A stretch of 63,878 nt of DNA, the filler included, from Octopus bimaculoides (taxonomy: Eukaryota): NCBI RefSeq assembly GCF_001194135.2. It is 5 parts of 5 records of this genome, joined end to end, with 100 filler letters (N's around TTAATTAATTAA, not from the genome) between each part and the next. Parts side by side here need not be neighbours in the genome. Positions count along the whole stretch, not along the records: positions 30,174 to 58,131 come from NC_068982.1; 4 more parts are not named here. The stretch is one strand, 5' to 3'. Position numbers and translations under genes: made by a program. This document shows, piece by piece, positions 35,761 to 49,269 of the stretch; position 1 is the stretch's first letter; each line of letters begins with the position of its first letter. The notes under the pieces were generated by a model, which had not been told where the DNA came from, searched no databases, and worked only from the letters and a program-made list of their open reading frames with translations.

Positions 35761-35967
35761 TTAGAATATCAGTATCTTAATCTCACACAGAAATATAACA
35801 TCGAGTTATTTCCCTTAACAGAACATCAACTAGCGATTAGTTATCTTGAAATTCCAAATATTTATTTTGTTTAATCGATCAGAAATGTCATACTAATGTT
35901 ATGTTAAAATTGTATGCACTTTTATGTGTATGCTTGTGCAGATGTTAGTGAATAAGTGTGTGCGTAT

Positions 35968-35998
<31 letters not shown>

Positions 35999-36559
35999 GT
36001 TTATTTGTTTATACTCTAAAGAGTATAAACGATTATATCATTTTCTTCCTCCTTAGACTGCAGTAAGTAGTTATTTAAGTTGAGTGCTTGCTGCGCTTGT
36101 ATTAAATATAATACTTAGTACGTTTCCCTTTTTACTAAGGAGGTGCATTGTTCAATACTCCTTACAGCAGCAGTATTTATCCCATTATGAAATGTAGATG
36201 AAGTTTTGTGTGTGGAAGGATGATTGTGGGTGAGGCGGTGTTGGGGGTAAAGTAGTACAATCGAAAGAAGAGGGGGTGTAATGCTATGAAATTGTTTCTT
36301 TGAGATGTCTAGTGCTTTTGTCTTTTTTGTGTAACAGAATTCAGTCGCAGTCGTCAAATAACCATTGCAGACTGATTTGCGAATGTGCAGATTTGTGTAT
36401 GAATGCATATAAATGTGTGTGCGCGTGTGTATGAGTGTGTGTGTGCTTGTCTGTATACAAGTATGTGGGTGTGTATACATATATGTGTATGTGTATGGCT
36501 GTGTGTGCATACACACACATATATATTTGTGTTTGTGTATATCTGTGTGCGTGTATGTA

Positions 36560-36722
36560 GGCGTAGTATAACCGAATGTTTAAGAAGTTCGCTTCATTAT
36601 CATGAATCTCCGAGTTCAATGCCATTCCGTGGCATTTTGCACAATTGTCACTTTCTACAACTCCAGGTTAATCTATACCTTGTGACTGGAATTAAGCAGA
36701 TGGAAACTGCTAAGAAGCCCTT
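36560..36722 (+). mobile_element. SINE family B head, old copy
   Basis: GAGTTCAATGCCATTCCGTGGCA..CCTTGTGACTGGAATTAAGCAGATGGAAACTGCTAAGAAGCCC. Confidence 0.55.
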
Positions 36723-37034
36723 TGGGTGGATTGCGCCGGCAAGTCGAAAGGTACAAACACGTCACACACTGTGCCAGGCTGTTTATGCTTGAGAATTACA
36801 TCAAGGGTACATGTGTCCGAGGAATACTTAATAAAATACACACACACATACACACTCACACATACATACACACTCACACATATATACACACATACGCGCA
36901 CACATACACACACATACACACACATACACACATGCATACATATGCTTATACAATATAAATATATGCATATATACATATATATATATATTTTTTTTGTCTG
37001 ACATATGATGTTTAAAATGGCTACTATCATAAAG

Positions 37035-37081
37035 AGAGAGAAAGAAAGAAAGGAAGAAAGAAAGAATAAAAGAAAGAATAA

Positions 37082-37133
<52 letters not shown>

Positions 37134-37168
37134 AAAAAGAAAGAAAGAAAGAAAGAAAGAAAGAAGGA
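37035..37168. repeat. (GAAA)n microsatellite
   Basis: Long imperfect tetranucleotide run. Confidence 0.95.
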
Positions 37169-37579
37169 ATAGTTAGCGGGAAATAGAAGAAAGATAGAAT
37201 GTTTTATGCCAAACAGTAAAATATCTAATTACTCACTAGGAAAGGTCATGTTTCTTCAAGAATCGGCATAAAGTAAAACACGCAATGGAGATTCATTCAG
37301 CTAATCTGTTAAATTTAGAAACAATACCAAAATCTTCAGTATTTGGAGATGTATTTGACCGTAACATTACATTCAACTCCATCAAGAGTTTTTATTTGTG
37401 TTACGTTAACTGAATACCCACTTGTTTGTAAGGAAATTATTCACTATACAACAACGGTGCTTCAAATTCATTCTATACTGAAATCAATAATTATTTATCT
37501 TCAACTCTATTTTCAACAATAAATTCATTTCTTAACCCATTCTGGTTGGTACATACATACATACATACATACATACAAA

Positions 37580-37700
37580 CAAACAGCAAACAAAAATACT
37601 CTGTTGTTAATGTTGAAATTCCAATGAAGGAACCTTGGATCTGTGTTAGAAACCGGTTCTTTGTCTATTGGCAAGAAATCTTGAAACAAAACTGAATAAT
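37580..37700 (+). repeat. Dispersed repeat family E
   Basis: AAAAATACTCTGTTGTTAATGTTGAAATTCCAATGAAGGAACCTTGGATC..GGTTCTTTGTCTATTGGCAAGAAATCTTGAAACAAAACTGAATAAT. Confidence 0.85.
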
Positions 37701-37705
37701 CTTTT

Positions 37706-37917
37706 CTACACTAGGCACAATGCCTGGAATTTTGGAGGAGGGGGCCAGTCGATTGAATCGACCCCAGTACGCAACCAGTACTTAATTTATCGACCTCGAA
37801 ACGATGATAGGAAAAGTCGACCTCGGCAGAATTTGAACTCAGAACGTAGAAACAGACGAAATACCACTAAGCATTTCGCCCGGTGTGCTAACGTTTCTGA
37901 CAGCTCGCCGCCATGGA
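37706..37917 (-). mobile_element. SINE family A inserted at the 3' end of a family E copy
   Basis: Family match. Flanks AAACTGAATAAT and AAACTCAATAAT act as a TSD. Confidence 0.85.
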
Positions 37918-37942
37918 ATAAACTCAATAATGACATACATAC

Positions 37943-37973
<31 letters not shown>

Positions 37974-38265
37974 TGTATGTATGTATGTATGTATGTATGT
38001 ACGTATGTATGTATCTTTCTATTACAGTAATCTTTGCCAGCGAGATATGGAAGAACTCAGAAAGGACGAACAGGAAACTAAATTTATTCCATCAAATTTT
38101 CTCAGAAAGATTTTGAGGGTCGATATCACCTGACAGCTGGTGTAAAAGGAGCAGGCGGAACATTACAGCCAACATTACGTTGAATAGGTGTGCAAGAGAA
38201 GTAGCCGACCGATTTCCTGTGGAGGAAGCTTGCCGCCGAATGCAGACTTAAAGGTAAAGTAAAGT

Positions 38266-38385
<120 letters not shown>

Positions 38386-38479
38386 CGGATAGACAGACAG
38401 ACAAAGAGTGTGTGTGTCTGTTTTTATGTTTATCTTTACTACTTGACAACTGATCTTGGCTTGTTTTTGTCTATGCAAC

Positions 38480-38990
38480 CTAAAGGTAGTGAATTGGCAT
38501 TGTTACCTGAGTGCTGAACAAAATGTCTCATGTTATTTGTTCTAAGTGTCTATGCTTTGAGTTCATATCCTGCCGAGGTCAACTTTGTCATTCATCCTTT
38601 TGGGATCGGTAAAATGTACTGACCTAGGGCAATGGATTGGCAGAACTGTTAGAGGGTAGAACGAGATGCCTTGTGCTGTCTGTTCCGGTTCTTTGCGTTT
38701 AGGTGACAACATCTATCCCGTCTTAAAGAGTGGAGACTTGTAATCATGGGCAGCTGCCAGTCGTCCTCAAAAATTCTTGCCCGGGCCCAAACATGCAAGT
38801 GTAGATGCAGGGTCATCTCTGAACGATGGACACACTACAATGTAACTTAGCAGTACAGCAAAAAGAAGACGATAGAATAAGTACACGACATAAAATTAAT
38901 TCTAGGTCAGTTTGATCGACTAAACAGTCCAAGACTGCTCCAGTAGGACTGCAGTCCAATGAATGGGACAAGTAAAAGAATAAAAGTTAA
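38480..38990 (+). mobile_element. Old SINE family A copy followed by a related SINE with a family-B-type tail
   Basis: GAGTTCATATCCTGCCGAGGTCAACTTTGTCATTCATCCTTTTGGGATC; later GATAGAATAAGTAC..GCTCCAGTAGGACTGCAGTCCAATGAATGGGACAAGTAAAAGAATAAAAG. Confidence 0.65.
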
Positions 38991-39308
38991 GAAATGAAAC
39001 AATACTAAAGCGTAGGCAGATGTGCCTATGAGAGAGTCAGCAGTACTTCAGAGTACTTTCTGAAATTAAAGAAAATCTCTAGCACTTGAGATGATGTCTT
39101 AACTATGTTACAGATGTGTGTTCATCATGACAAACCATTAGAAACTGTTAATGTAACATTTGGAAAAAAAGCTTTGAAAATGTCAGTTATTGTTTATTCT
39201 AGAGTACGTAGGTGGTAGAATTGTAAGTTCGTTTTCCTAATATATATATATATTATTAAATCGTCTTATGCACGGGAAACAAGAGATATTCATTCAAGAC
39301 ATTAACGT

Positions 39309-39374
39309 GAATATTTATTATTAATAAGTTCTGGCAGATTCGAATCTGCCAGAATGTATTAAGAATGAACGTTT
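39309..39374. other. 66-nt hairpin with a perfect 26-bp central palindrome
   Basis: TTCTGGCAGATTCGAATCTGCCAGAA (39329-39354) is perfectly self-complementary. The arms extend to 33 bp with three mismatches and several G-T pairs. Confidence 0.85.
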
Positions 39375-40309
39375 TGAATCTTGCTGTTCATGGTAGATAC
39401 CCGCACAGATCAATTTATTCGCTGTCTGCTCGCCGAAATTATAAACAAGACCATCGGCTCTTGTTAGATTCACTGACTGAAGGGTGACATGAACGTATAT
39501 TTGTCGTAAAGAAGAAGGTTGAGTGATTAGCATATTCACGTTGGAATCTGTCGGAACGCATTAAGAATAAATGGGCAAATCATCACCTTTGTTTCGATTA
39601 TCGTATTTTGACTGTTTATCGAGATTATGATTTCATTGGAAGATGTTTCCAATTCCTCTGTTCATAGAAGTAATGAACTTCTAGTAGGGAAAAACTTACG
39701 TTGCGAGGAGATAGGTCCTTTACAGAAAATTGCTGAGGAGGCTTCTGTTCTCATTCTGTGAAACATTTGCTTCATTTACATTCAGTCATTACCACTTATA
39801 AAAGTTATTCTTCAACCAAAGCCTTCAGTCTTCTATATTCAAGTTTGAGACTGTGGTCGTTAAAAACAAGCAGCAGCAGATTCAAGAACAACTTTGAGTA
39901 TAATGCTTTACCCATTTAAATAATTATTTACCGGCCCTTTTTTAACGTTAATCTCTTCTCTTACTTCTAACTGTTAACTTTTCTCATTACAAAAGCCAGC
40001 CAGACTTGATTTGAAAGTATATATCATAGTTTATATCATAATAAAGAAGTTTTTATCTTGAAATATCCCAGTGCTTTGGCTGCATACTATATCCGAACTT
40101 CTTTCCAAGTAGCGATTTCTAATTACTGCGTATCCAGTCATTGCAATAATCATCTTCCTCACATGGACATTGATCATAAATAAACTTTATCTGCCCCCTC
40201 TGTCATTCCCGAACTCTTCCATCCATCAAAAACTATTCGTCTTTCTCTCAATTTATATTGAGAATCTCTATTACTTACGAGCCTCTCTTTCTCTACACCT
40301 TTCTTTGTT

Positions 40310-40457
<148 letters not shown>

Positions 40458-42877
40458 ACTTCAATGCATGATGCAACACCTCTCGGCCCATCACACTCAT
40501 CCTCGTCGGCATATCTGGCACAGAGACCGAAACCTTTATCAGCTCAAACTTGGTGAAGGCAAGCAGCTTATTGGTTAGAATGTTGGACTCAAGAAAATGA
40601 GGTCGTGGATTTGATTCTCAGACAGTGTGACACATTTTAACTCTGAACAAAGAACAGTTATTTCAAATTTTACAAAATTAACTGATCACCCTCATCGTAA
40701 AAAAAAAAAAAACATTGCAAGCAGTATTCCTGCCGATATTTTACTATTTTACACATCAAAATCTAAATTCTTTGCTGAAGTTTATCCATCGCCTAATAAT
40801 GTGTTTAAATATCTTATTGTGAAGTCACACGATATAGTAATCAGGATGTCTGGCTTACGATCGTGTAGTTGTGTTTTAGATTCTAGGACCGAGTGGTACT
40901 TTATTTCACGTTACTCCAGTTTACTCTACTAAAAATACGAACTGACCGAATGCTGGTGCAGTCCTCTTTCCCTCTAACTGTCACATTTCTGGATGTTCCA
41001 CTGGGTCAATGGTGGGCGAACCTAAAGGATGTCTATGGCAGCTCGCAACTACCAGGGCACCTAAAAGGATTATATAAAGGATGATACATGCTAAGAAATC
41101 GTTCTCATGTGTGGAAGCTGCAGTTTTTATCCTCTGATTATGTCACAAATTGGATTCCTTTACATGATCAGAAACTACGTCAGATGACTCAGTAATTGTT
41201 AGTACGGTCAACCTCAACACGCATACTTTATCGACACCCCGAAAAATAAAAAGTTAAGTTAGATTCGGCTGGTTTTGATCGCAGAATTTAGTTGAAAAAG
41301 TATAGTGAAATATTTAGTCCAGTAAGCTAGCGTCTCTGCCAACAATTTTGCTTCGGACATATATCAACTATACTCTCTTTTTTCTTATGAGTATGTTTTG
41401 TTCTTCGTTTGATGTACGTACGCGTGTATGTACGTATGTATGTACGTATGTATGCATGTATGTGCGTGTGTGTGTATATATATATATATACATACATATT
41501 ATAGGTATTATATACACACAAACATGTGCATGTATAGGTATGTATATGTGATATTTGTGTATATATGTATATGTATGTGTGTGTGTGTGTGTGTGAATGC
41601 ATGCATGCGTGTGTATTGCAAGTATGTATGTACATGTGTATGCATACATTTATGTTTTTATGCATGTAAGTATGTAATTATCCATAAACCAGTCGGCTGA
41701 ATATAGACTAATATATTGATCCTGTATATACCTAACCCTAGTAATCCACCAATCAGCTTATCGCCCAGCATGCAGACAGTCAGTCAGTCAGTCAGACAGT
41801 GAAAGAGCCATACAACCTCTACTCTTCCTTCTTTTTTTTTTTATATAATCTTCACTTCCCTTTGTATTTACATGCATAACATAAATACCAACATACATTC
41901 ATACATACAAACGTATCATAAAGTTAATGAATATTATCTGGACTGTAAAGGAATCAAAAATAAGGAAAAGAATATATGTAAGAAAACGTAAACGGAAAGC
42001 AAAATTATTTAAGTAGAAATGTTAGTTGGAGTGATAAATAGCGATTATTGAAGATAGATATACAGTTTGAATGAAGTAACTTCAATTTCCGGCAAGTCTC
42101 GTTTTGCTGCTGACCAACAAATACATCGTATGTTCTTAATATCCGTTTGTGTTTTTCATCACATTATACTATACCCAACGAAATACACTCATAATCTTAA
42201 CTACTAACTATTATAAATATTTGGGTATTCTTTGATTGCTAAACATCTATAAAGGGATGAAATGAAGTCAGTCAAAAAAAAAAAATAATAATAGTATTTT
42301 CGTATCATCTGCCAAAAGAAAAACAGCAAAAATGAACAAAAAGAAGAAGAAATCTATTATCTTGAATCGAGTTGCGTTCCAAAAATTCACCATTTTTTTT
42401 TTTTTTAACAGTTCATATCAATCAAAACCAGTCTGCCTTTAATATCCGCAATTTCCACTACATTATAGCTGTTGGAATATACTTGATTATAACTCAGAAA
42501 TATTATAAATATTTGGGTATTTTTTGTTTAATAAATATTTAAGAAGAAAATAGATAAAATATAATAGATATGCCTTATGTATGAAAGCTATTAAGCTTCA
42601 ATCAGACGACTTCCAAAAAGAAGAAAAAAAATGAAAAAAGAAAAAAAATAGAAGTAAAGAAATATTAATCAAATTTTCAACAATTCTTATTTTGTAAGGA
42701 AATATTTCGTGGAAACATATAAGGAACGTGAATGAAAACAAGGCATACGTCTAATTGAACTCACACTTTCCGTTATAGTGCTGCAACTTCTATGAAGTTG
42801 ATGAAGAATAAAAGTTTCAGTCTAAATATTTTAGAATGATGTACTTATAATTATCGTCAATATCTAAATAAACTAAT

Positions 42878-43091
42878 GTTACAAGCTAGCAAAATCGTTG
42901 CCGCGCCAAGCAAAATGCTTAGTGGCATTTCGTCCGTCTTTACGTTCGAGTTCAAATTCCGTCAAGCTTGATTTTGCCTTTCATCCTCTCGGGGTCGATA
43001 AAACAAGTACCAGTTGATCACTGGGGTCGATTACATCGACTCCACCACCAGAGAAACAAGGTTGCTGACCTTGCGCCAAAATTTGAAACTG
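42878..43091 (+). mobile_element. SINE family A with 15-bp TSD
   Basis: TSD ATATCTAAATAAACT at 42860-42874 and 43092-43106. Confidence 0.9.
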
Positions 43092-43289
43092 ATATCTAAA
43101 TAAACTGAGACATCTGATATTAATATTTTATCTATTTTATCTATTTTCTTCTTAAATATTTATTAAACAAAAAGTTTGTTATCCTGAAATACGATATTGT
43201 TGTAAAACATTTACACACTCGCACTCATAACATCTATCCAGCAATCCACATGCACACACGCGCACACACACATATATGTTATACATAAA

Positions 43290-44396
43290 TGGCAATTTCT
43301 GTCTACCGATCTGTCTGTTACCATCTTACTGCCTACACCAGTGAACCAATCTTGTCGAAACTTTACATACATGTTGAACTAAAAAGCAGTTCAATTATAA
43401 GTTAATTGGATTTGAATAAAAAATCTAAAATGGGCCCCCAAGGTTGGTTGGGGTATTACTTGATAAAATGAGAAGAGTGCAAAAGTGTTAGCGTGAGGGA
43501 AATGTGGTAGTATAGTGAGTGTGGCTAATATCAGAGAAGGGGAGAACAGCGTTGTGTAAGCAACAATATGGAGTGGCAGTGGAATGATAACGTTAATACA
43601 GCTTTCATAAGTAACATTTAAAACGCCGAGGAAGGGAAAGAAGGGTGGGTGTGAGGAATACGTAGTTTTAAGTAGTGGAGGATAGGTGGCTTTTCTGTTG
43701 TCCATCGCAAAGTAGCACTCACAGACACGTACATACACACATAATACATATATATGCATACAAACGTACATACATGCTTACATACATATGTCTACTATGC
43801 ACCATTTTAAACTCGTGATTACCGGTGTGTAAATGTGTGTGTGTGTGTGTGTGTGTGACGTCCTGTAACTGTCTGTCTCTATACTTTTGTAGGGTCTTCA
43901 CTATTGCTGTCACATATTGTGAGATTTCAAAATTACATCAAAATTTTCAAATTTGGTATATTGAAATAATTTTCTACGTTAAATCCGATTTTTGCTATTT
44001 ATTTGTTCCAGAAAAATTACAGAAAAATGTTACTCAGGTTTCAAGTTTAATCAATTTTACCTATCAGAAAACAGGATTTGGAAGCTGGCATTTTCTACAT
44101 GATAGCTATCTATCATAAAATGAAAGCAAAATCATTACAAGGAGGAATTTCTATGAAACAAAAGAAAGCAAAGCATTACGACGACCAAAGTTGTAAGAAC
44201 TTCTGAAGTTTTAATAAGGTTTAATGAATAAAGTCATGTGAAACGGTCGAACAGACAAGTAAATAATTTTAAAAGGAAATAAATCCTCAAGAAGCCTATC
44301 TGTCGGGGAAGGCATGGTCTGACATGGAATAAACAAAAATTTATATAAGACATTCTATTGTAAAAATTTCCCAGCAACGACGGGCTGTTCAGCTAG
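43290..44396 (+). mobile_element. Non-autonomous Helitron-like element (3' end well defined, 5' end uncertain)
   Basis: 3' end CCCAGCAACGACGGG hairpin followed by CTAG|T (44370-44397). The 5' region has a CTGT-rich stretch and TGAACCAATCTTGTCGAAACTTT, reminiscent of DINE-1/Lep1-type elements. Confidence 0.5.
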
Positions 44397-44532
44397 TATA
44401 TATNNNNNNNNNNNNNNNNNNNNNNNNNNNNNNNNNNNNNNNNNNNNNNNNNNNNNNNNNNNNNNNNNNNNNNNNNNNNNNNNNNNNNNNNNNNNNNNNN
44501 NNNNNNNNNNNNNNNNNNNNNNNNNNNNNNNN

Positions 44533-44565
<33 letters not shown>

Positions 44566-45504
44566 TGTATTTACATATGTATGTGCATAACACCCTTGGC
44601 TACGAAAGAAATAACCAATAGACTTGCATATAGAATTTATTAGTGTGTCGTGTTACGTTTGCTCATTCTGAATGAAGTCCGCAGGAAGTAGATGTCTGAG
44701 CTACCATGAATTGAATCATTTTCTCGTTCCTAGTGAAAATATATTTTACTACGTTTTTCTTGCAGAAGGAGAAAAAATAAAGTGTTTTCATATCTATTTA
44801 ATGTTCATATGCGAAAGCATAAAAACTGTAGTTTTATGTTAAGGTTTTCTCACGCTTGTTATTAGACGTTGTGGTGTGCATAGATACTTATTAATATTTT
44901 ACTCATGCTGTTGATAAACTCACATCAGATTGGCGAATTAAACAAGTCAAAACGAGAGTGGCCATTACTGCTAATTCATTGCTTGTATTCCATGCAATTA
45001 ACGATTGATTATAAGTTCTTTCGAGTGGAAGGAAACTGAAAGTGTAATGTTTTGATGAGTGGTAACGAAACTTGAAACATTCCAAGGCAATGAGCTTTAT
45101 TTAGCGTTTTATGAACAGAACAAGATGTATTCATATCTGTTCAAAGTTCTGCAGTGAAAGGCTTAAAACTGAAGTTTAATACTTCAAATATATATAAAAG
45201 AAAGATATTTAAATGTTCTAATACACGACACGTTGCTCACTTACACACATACGCACACATATGTAGGTGCTTATATATTTGCATGTATGTATGTGCTTGT
45301 GTTTGTGCATGTATGTAACTCCCCCTTCTCTCTATCTCTATCTTTATCTCTTTATATGTGTGTATATATATATACATGCACATACACACACACACACACT
45401 TACATATATACATACGTAAATACATACATACATATAGACAGACAGACATACATACGTAAGTACGTACATACATGCATGCCCAGAAGTTTGTCATTTAAGT
45501 ATAT

Positions 45505-45695
45505 ATGAGCATGTCTAGATATCCAGGTATGTGATATGCCATGCATAAAACAAAGCATACAAATCTGCACATATACATACATATAAAAATACCCTGCTGT
45601 TGATGTTGAAATTCCAATGAAGGAGCCTTGGATCTAGGTTAGAAACCGGCTCTTTCTCTGTTGACAACAAATCTTGAAATAAAACTGAATAATGA
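45505..45695 (+). repeat. Dispersed repeat family E
   Basis: Shares the upstream CATAAAAC..CATACAAATCTGCACAT block and core with 30745-31095. Confidence 0.85.
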
Positions 45696-46372
45696 CTTAC
45701 ATACACACATACATGTAACAGTCTGCCAATGATTGTCCGTTAGAAACCAGTAACCAAGAACGTTACTTTTTATCTATACGGATTAAAATACAAACCAACA
45801 AATAAATGCATTAAAATTTCAATCTAAGAACAATATGCCGAAAATAAATGTCAAGATGCTCACAGCTAGGATCGTCAGTTTATATATGAAAGTCAAAAGA
45901 AAAAAACACGCAAATAAATGCAAGATCGTTTGAAGGCCAAGCCATACAACATAAACCAGGCAATAAGAATATCAAAAAAAAAAATTGGAAAATTCCAGCA
46001 GAAATTTCACATTTGAATTGAAAACATAAAACCTAAAAGAAAAATCTCTTTTATGTTGAACTTACTTTGTGTAGAAACGTAATGTGTCAATGTGTACCGT
46101 TCGTTTAATTTGTGTGACATTTCTGCCATTTCTGCCAACAAGTTTGAAGGTCATCAAATGAGTAACTGATTTTAGGAATTAATCCAACATTTCGAACCTA
46201 TATCTCGGAGAGTTTCGCCTCATTCTGTTACAATGCTGAAATTGCGTATGTAGAAATGTGCAATTTGGTTGACTGGACATGCTTCTATCATTTACTCAGC
46301 CCGGTCTTCACATAAATAACGTGTTTTATATTCTTTTTTATTTTGCAAAATTGAGATAAACAAAGTCCTTTT

Positions 46373-46985
46373 TTAACCTAAAATACATTCTTCTTCATTT
46401 TCTACAATGCTCTTCCATCTATCTGGAAGACCTGGTCTTTTATTTGTCTGTGACGAAAGACACTTCTCTTGTACCGTTCTGACCTCGTCTACAGAATTTT
46501 TATACCCACCATCTTCGGTGCTTGACATTTTTATAGAGAACCCATTTCTTGTCATCAGTCACTATTCGGTCTAAGAAGGTTCATTCGTGAGACGTGACAG
46601 CAAAGAAGAGCACACATTCATTCTCTGCAGGCGATTAGACTCGGAAAGTTGACCCAATTTGCTAACTTTTCCGATAGTACGCAAGTATCGATGAATGGTT
46701 GAATGACCAAATCCAAGCTTCTCTGCTAGTTCCTCAACAGTTACGATGGGATTGATTTTGTTCCAGCAGGGTTTGCAGGACGTCGTCGTCGAGCGCTGCA
46801 GATCTTGCGGGACGAGGCTCGTCTTCTAGGCTGTAGTTTCTGTCTCGGAATTTCTGACACTGGCTTATACGTATTGTCCGATTCCCATATACTGCATTAA
46901 TATTCCTCACACTTTCCGTTGCTTTGTTGTCTTTATTTAACTCATGACGCAAAATATGCCGAATGTGCTTCTTTGTCACTTCCAT
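46373..46985 (-). mobile_element. Mariner (DD34D) transposase pseudogene with internal deletion
   Basis: MEVTKKHIRHILRHEL..YSLEDEPRPAR..ELAEKLGFGHSTIHRYL..DRIVTDDKKWVLY..[core deleted]..LPDRWKSIVENEEECILG*. Confidence 0.9.
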
Positions 46986-47054
46986 TACAGCTTTGAAAAA
47001 ATAACTGTTAAAATCGAACTGCACTCTTCAATACTGCCACAGTCCGAGTAATAT

Positions 47055-47263
47055 CCAAAATGAACCAGGACCACTTGATTCGAGCATGTAGATGATTTAG
47101 ATCTTATACAGAAGCAGTTGTTGAAGCTGAAGGTGGCTTTATCGAATAACATTATAGAAAAGAAGGTTTATTTTTTTCCTCATAGCATTTTTTGATAAAT
47201 AAAATTATTATCTGTTTTTTATATAAACATAAATCTGTCCTCAAATATCTTACGCACCCTGTA
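47055..47263 (+). mobile_element. 3' end of DD37D/maT-like element with right TIR
   Basis: RAC..FRSYTEAVVEAEGGFIE*, then a terminus ..ATCTTACGCACCCTG|TA. Confidence 0.65.
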
Positions 47264-47274
47264 TGTGTGTGTGA

Positions 47275-47480
47275 CTGTATGTATTTATTATTTGTGTCAC
47301 TGTTTTTTCCCTCCACTATCGCTTGACAACCGATGTTGGTGTGTTTACGACACCGTCACTTAGCGGTTCGGGAAAACATAGACCGATAGAATAAGTACTA
47401 GGCTTACAAAAAATAAGTCCTGGGGTCGATTTGTTCGACTAAAGGCGGTGAACAAGTAAAATAATAAAAGAATAAAAGAA
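47275..47480 (+). mobile_element. SINE family B, 3' half
   Basis: ATCGCTTGACAACCGATGTTGGTGTGTTTACG..AATAAGTCCTGGGGTCGATTTGTTCGACTAAAGGCGGTG. Confidence 0.88.
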
Positions 47481-47487
47481 ATTATAT

Positions 47488-47529
<42 letters not shown>

Positions 47530-48443
47530 GTCATCATCATCATCATCATCATCATTATATTTATTGCTGTTGTTTATGTGATCACCGTTTGTGTTGCTAT
47601 GATTACCTTGTATATTCATTAATGTTTTTCATTAATATGGATGCACATTTCTATCATTCTCTCTAATGCAAATAATTCAGCTTTGCTTTCAAAAGCTCTT
47701 GAATTCGTATTAACTTTGTGATCTGTAATATATTTTCAATGGATTTCAAGTGACGAATATCAGAAGAAATCCATGTCTTTGACGAAGCGCTTTTGCTAAT
47801 TTAGTAGAATGATCGGAATCAGCACGGTACTGCTTGTATGTGTTATATAAGATAAAATGATATTTACAAACAAGACACATTCCAAATTCTAGACTTCTTG
47901 TAATGATGCAATGCAGGATGTTCAAGAACATTCAACGGTGTTACGGCTAGATCACCTAATACCTCGCAGCAAAATTCTTCAATAATATATATATATATAT
48001 ATGAAATAACTCCAATGTAATCGGCAGAACTGTACACATGTCTAATTTTATGTGGACAATTCGTGTATTGTTCTGCAAATTATATTGTATCGAACGGTCG
48101 TACTCATGAGCCTCGGGTGGGTTATGTAAGTAAAAATTACATTAAGCCATTAAAGCGCGAAATCTGGTCTACAATTAATTCTTTTAGTTTTGTATATTTT
48201 CAACTGTCTTGCCCGTTCATGTTCTGGTGTACGCTGAATTTCCTTGGAGAACATTCTTTTCTTTTGACCGCTTTTGTTTGACCGTTGATGGTCGATTTCA
48301 AGCGTAAAGGATGTCCACTTAGTGGTCATTCCTGCTCATATGTATGTAATATAATTTTTCTGAATTCTCAGAATTTTCTTGATGGTAGGCCACTGGTTTT
48401 AAATTTGTGTTAATTAAATTAATATCCAATTTATCACCCTTAT

Positions 48444-48493
<50 letters not shown>

Positions 48494-48630
48494 NNNNNNN
48501 NNNNNNNNNNNNNNNNNNNNNNNNNNNNNNNNNNNNNNNNNNNNNNNNNNNNNNNNNNNNNNNNNNNNNNNNNNNNNNNNNNNNNNNNNNNNNNNNNTAT
48601 ATATATACACACACACACACATACATATGC

Positions 48631-48671
<41 letters not shown>

Positions 48672-48950
48672 CAAACACACATACATAAAATATTGCAACG
48701 AGCCATATGCTTGGTTCTAATTTACAAGCTGTGAACCGGAAAGACGAGGAGTAAAAATATAGTAAAAACAGCTTCTTCTCAAGATCTTAAATTATTCTGG
48801 TCTAACTTTGAAATGAAAGTTTACCCAAAAATGAAAATATCACGCTGACAGAGAACTAGCCCATAACTTACTTAAACCTTATCTTTGGTCTATACACAGG
48901 CTGTCTGAATCGGCTTTTGCAAGGCCATTACAAGTCTAACAAGTGATGAA

Positions 48951-49165
48951 AGGCGGCGAGGTGGCAGAAACGTTAGCACGCCGGACAAAATGCTTAGTGG
49001 TATTTCATCTGTCTTTACGTTCTGAGTTCAAATTCCGTCGAGGTCGACTTTGCCTTTCATCCTTTCGGAGTCAATAAATTAAGTACCAGTTGCGTACTGG
49101 GGTAGATCTAACCGACCGGTTCCTCCCTCCAAATTTCGGGCCTTGTGCCTAGTGTAGAAGAGAAT
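48951..49165 (+). mobile_element. SINE family A
   Basis: GGCGGCGAGGTGGCAGAAACGTTAGCACGCCGG..GAGTTCAAATTCCGTCGAGGTCGACTTTGCCTTTCATCCTTTCGG. Confidence 0.92.
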
Positions 49166-49269
49166 ATGGCAACTGATGGGCGTGCAGATTAAAAGAATAA
49201 AGTGTAGGGACATGTCGAACAATTTTATTAAATGAATCTGCTGTCCTAAGTAAGCAACCAACGTAGAAT

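Noticed and set aside
48028-48125. Possible exon (ELYTCLILCGQFVYCSANYIVSNGRTHEPRVGY) ending at a TAT|GTAAGT donor
   Set aside because: The acceptor is weak, there is no in-frame ATG and no recognisable homology. It could be chance.
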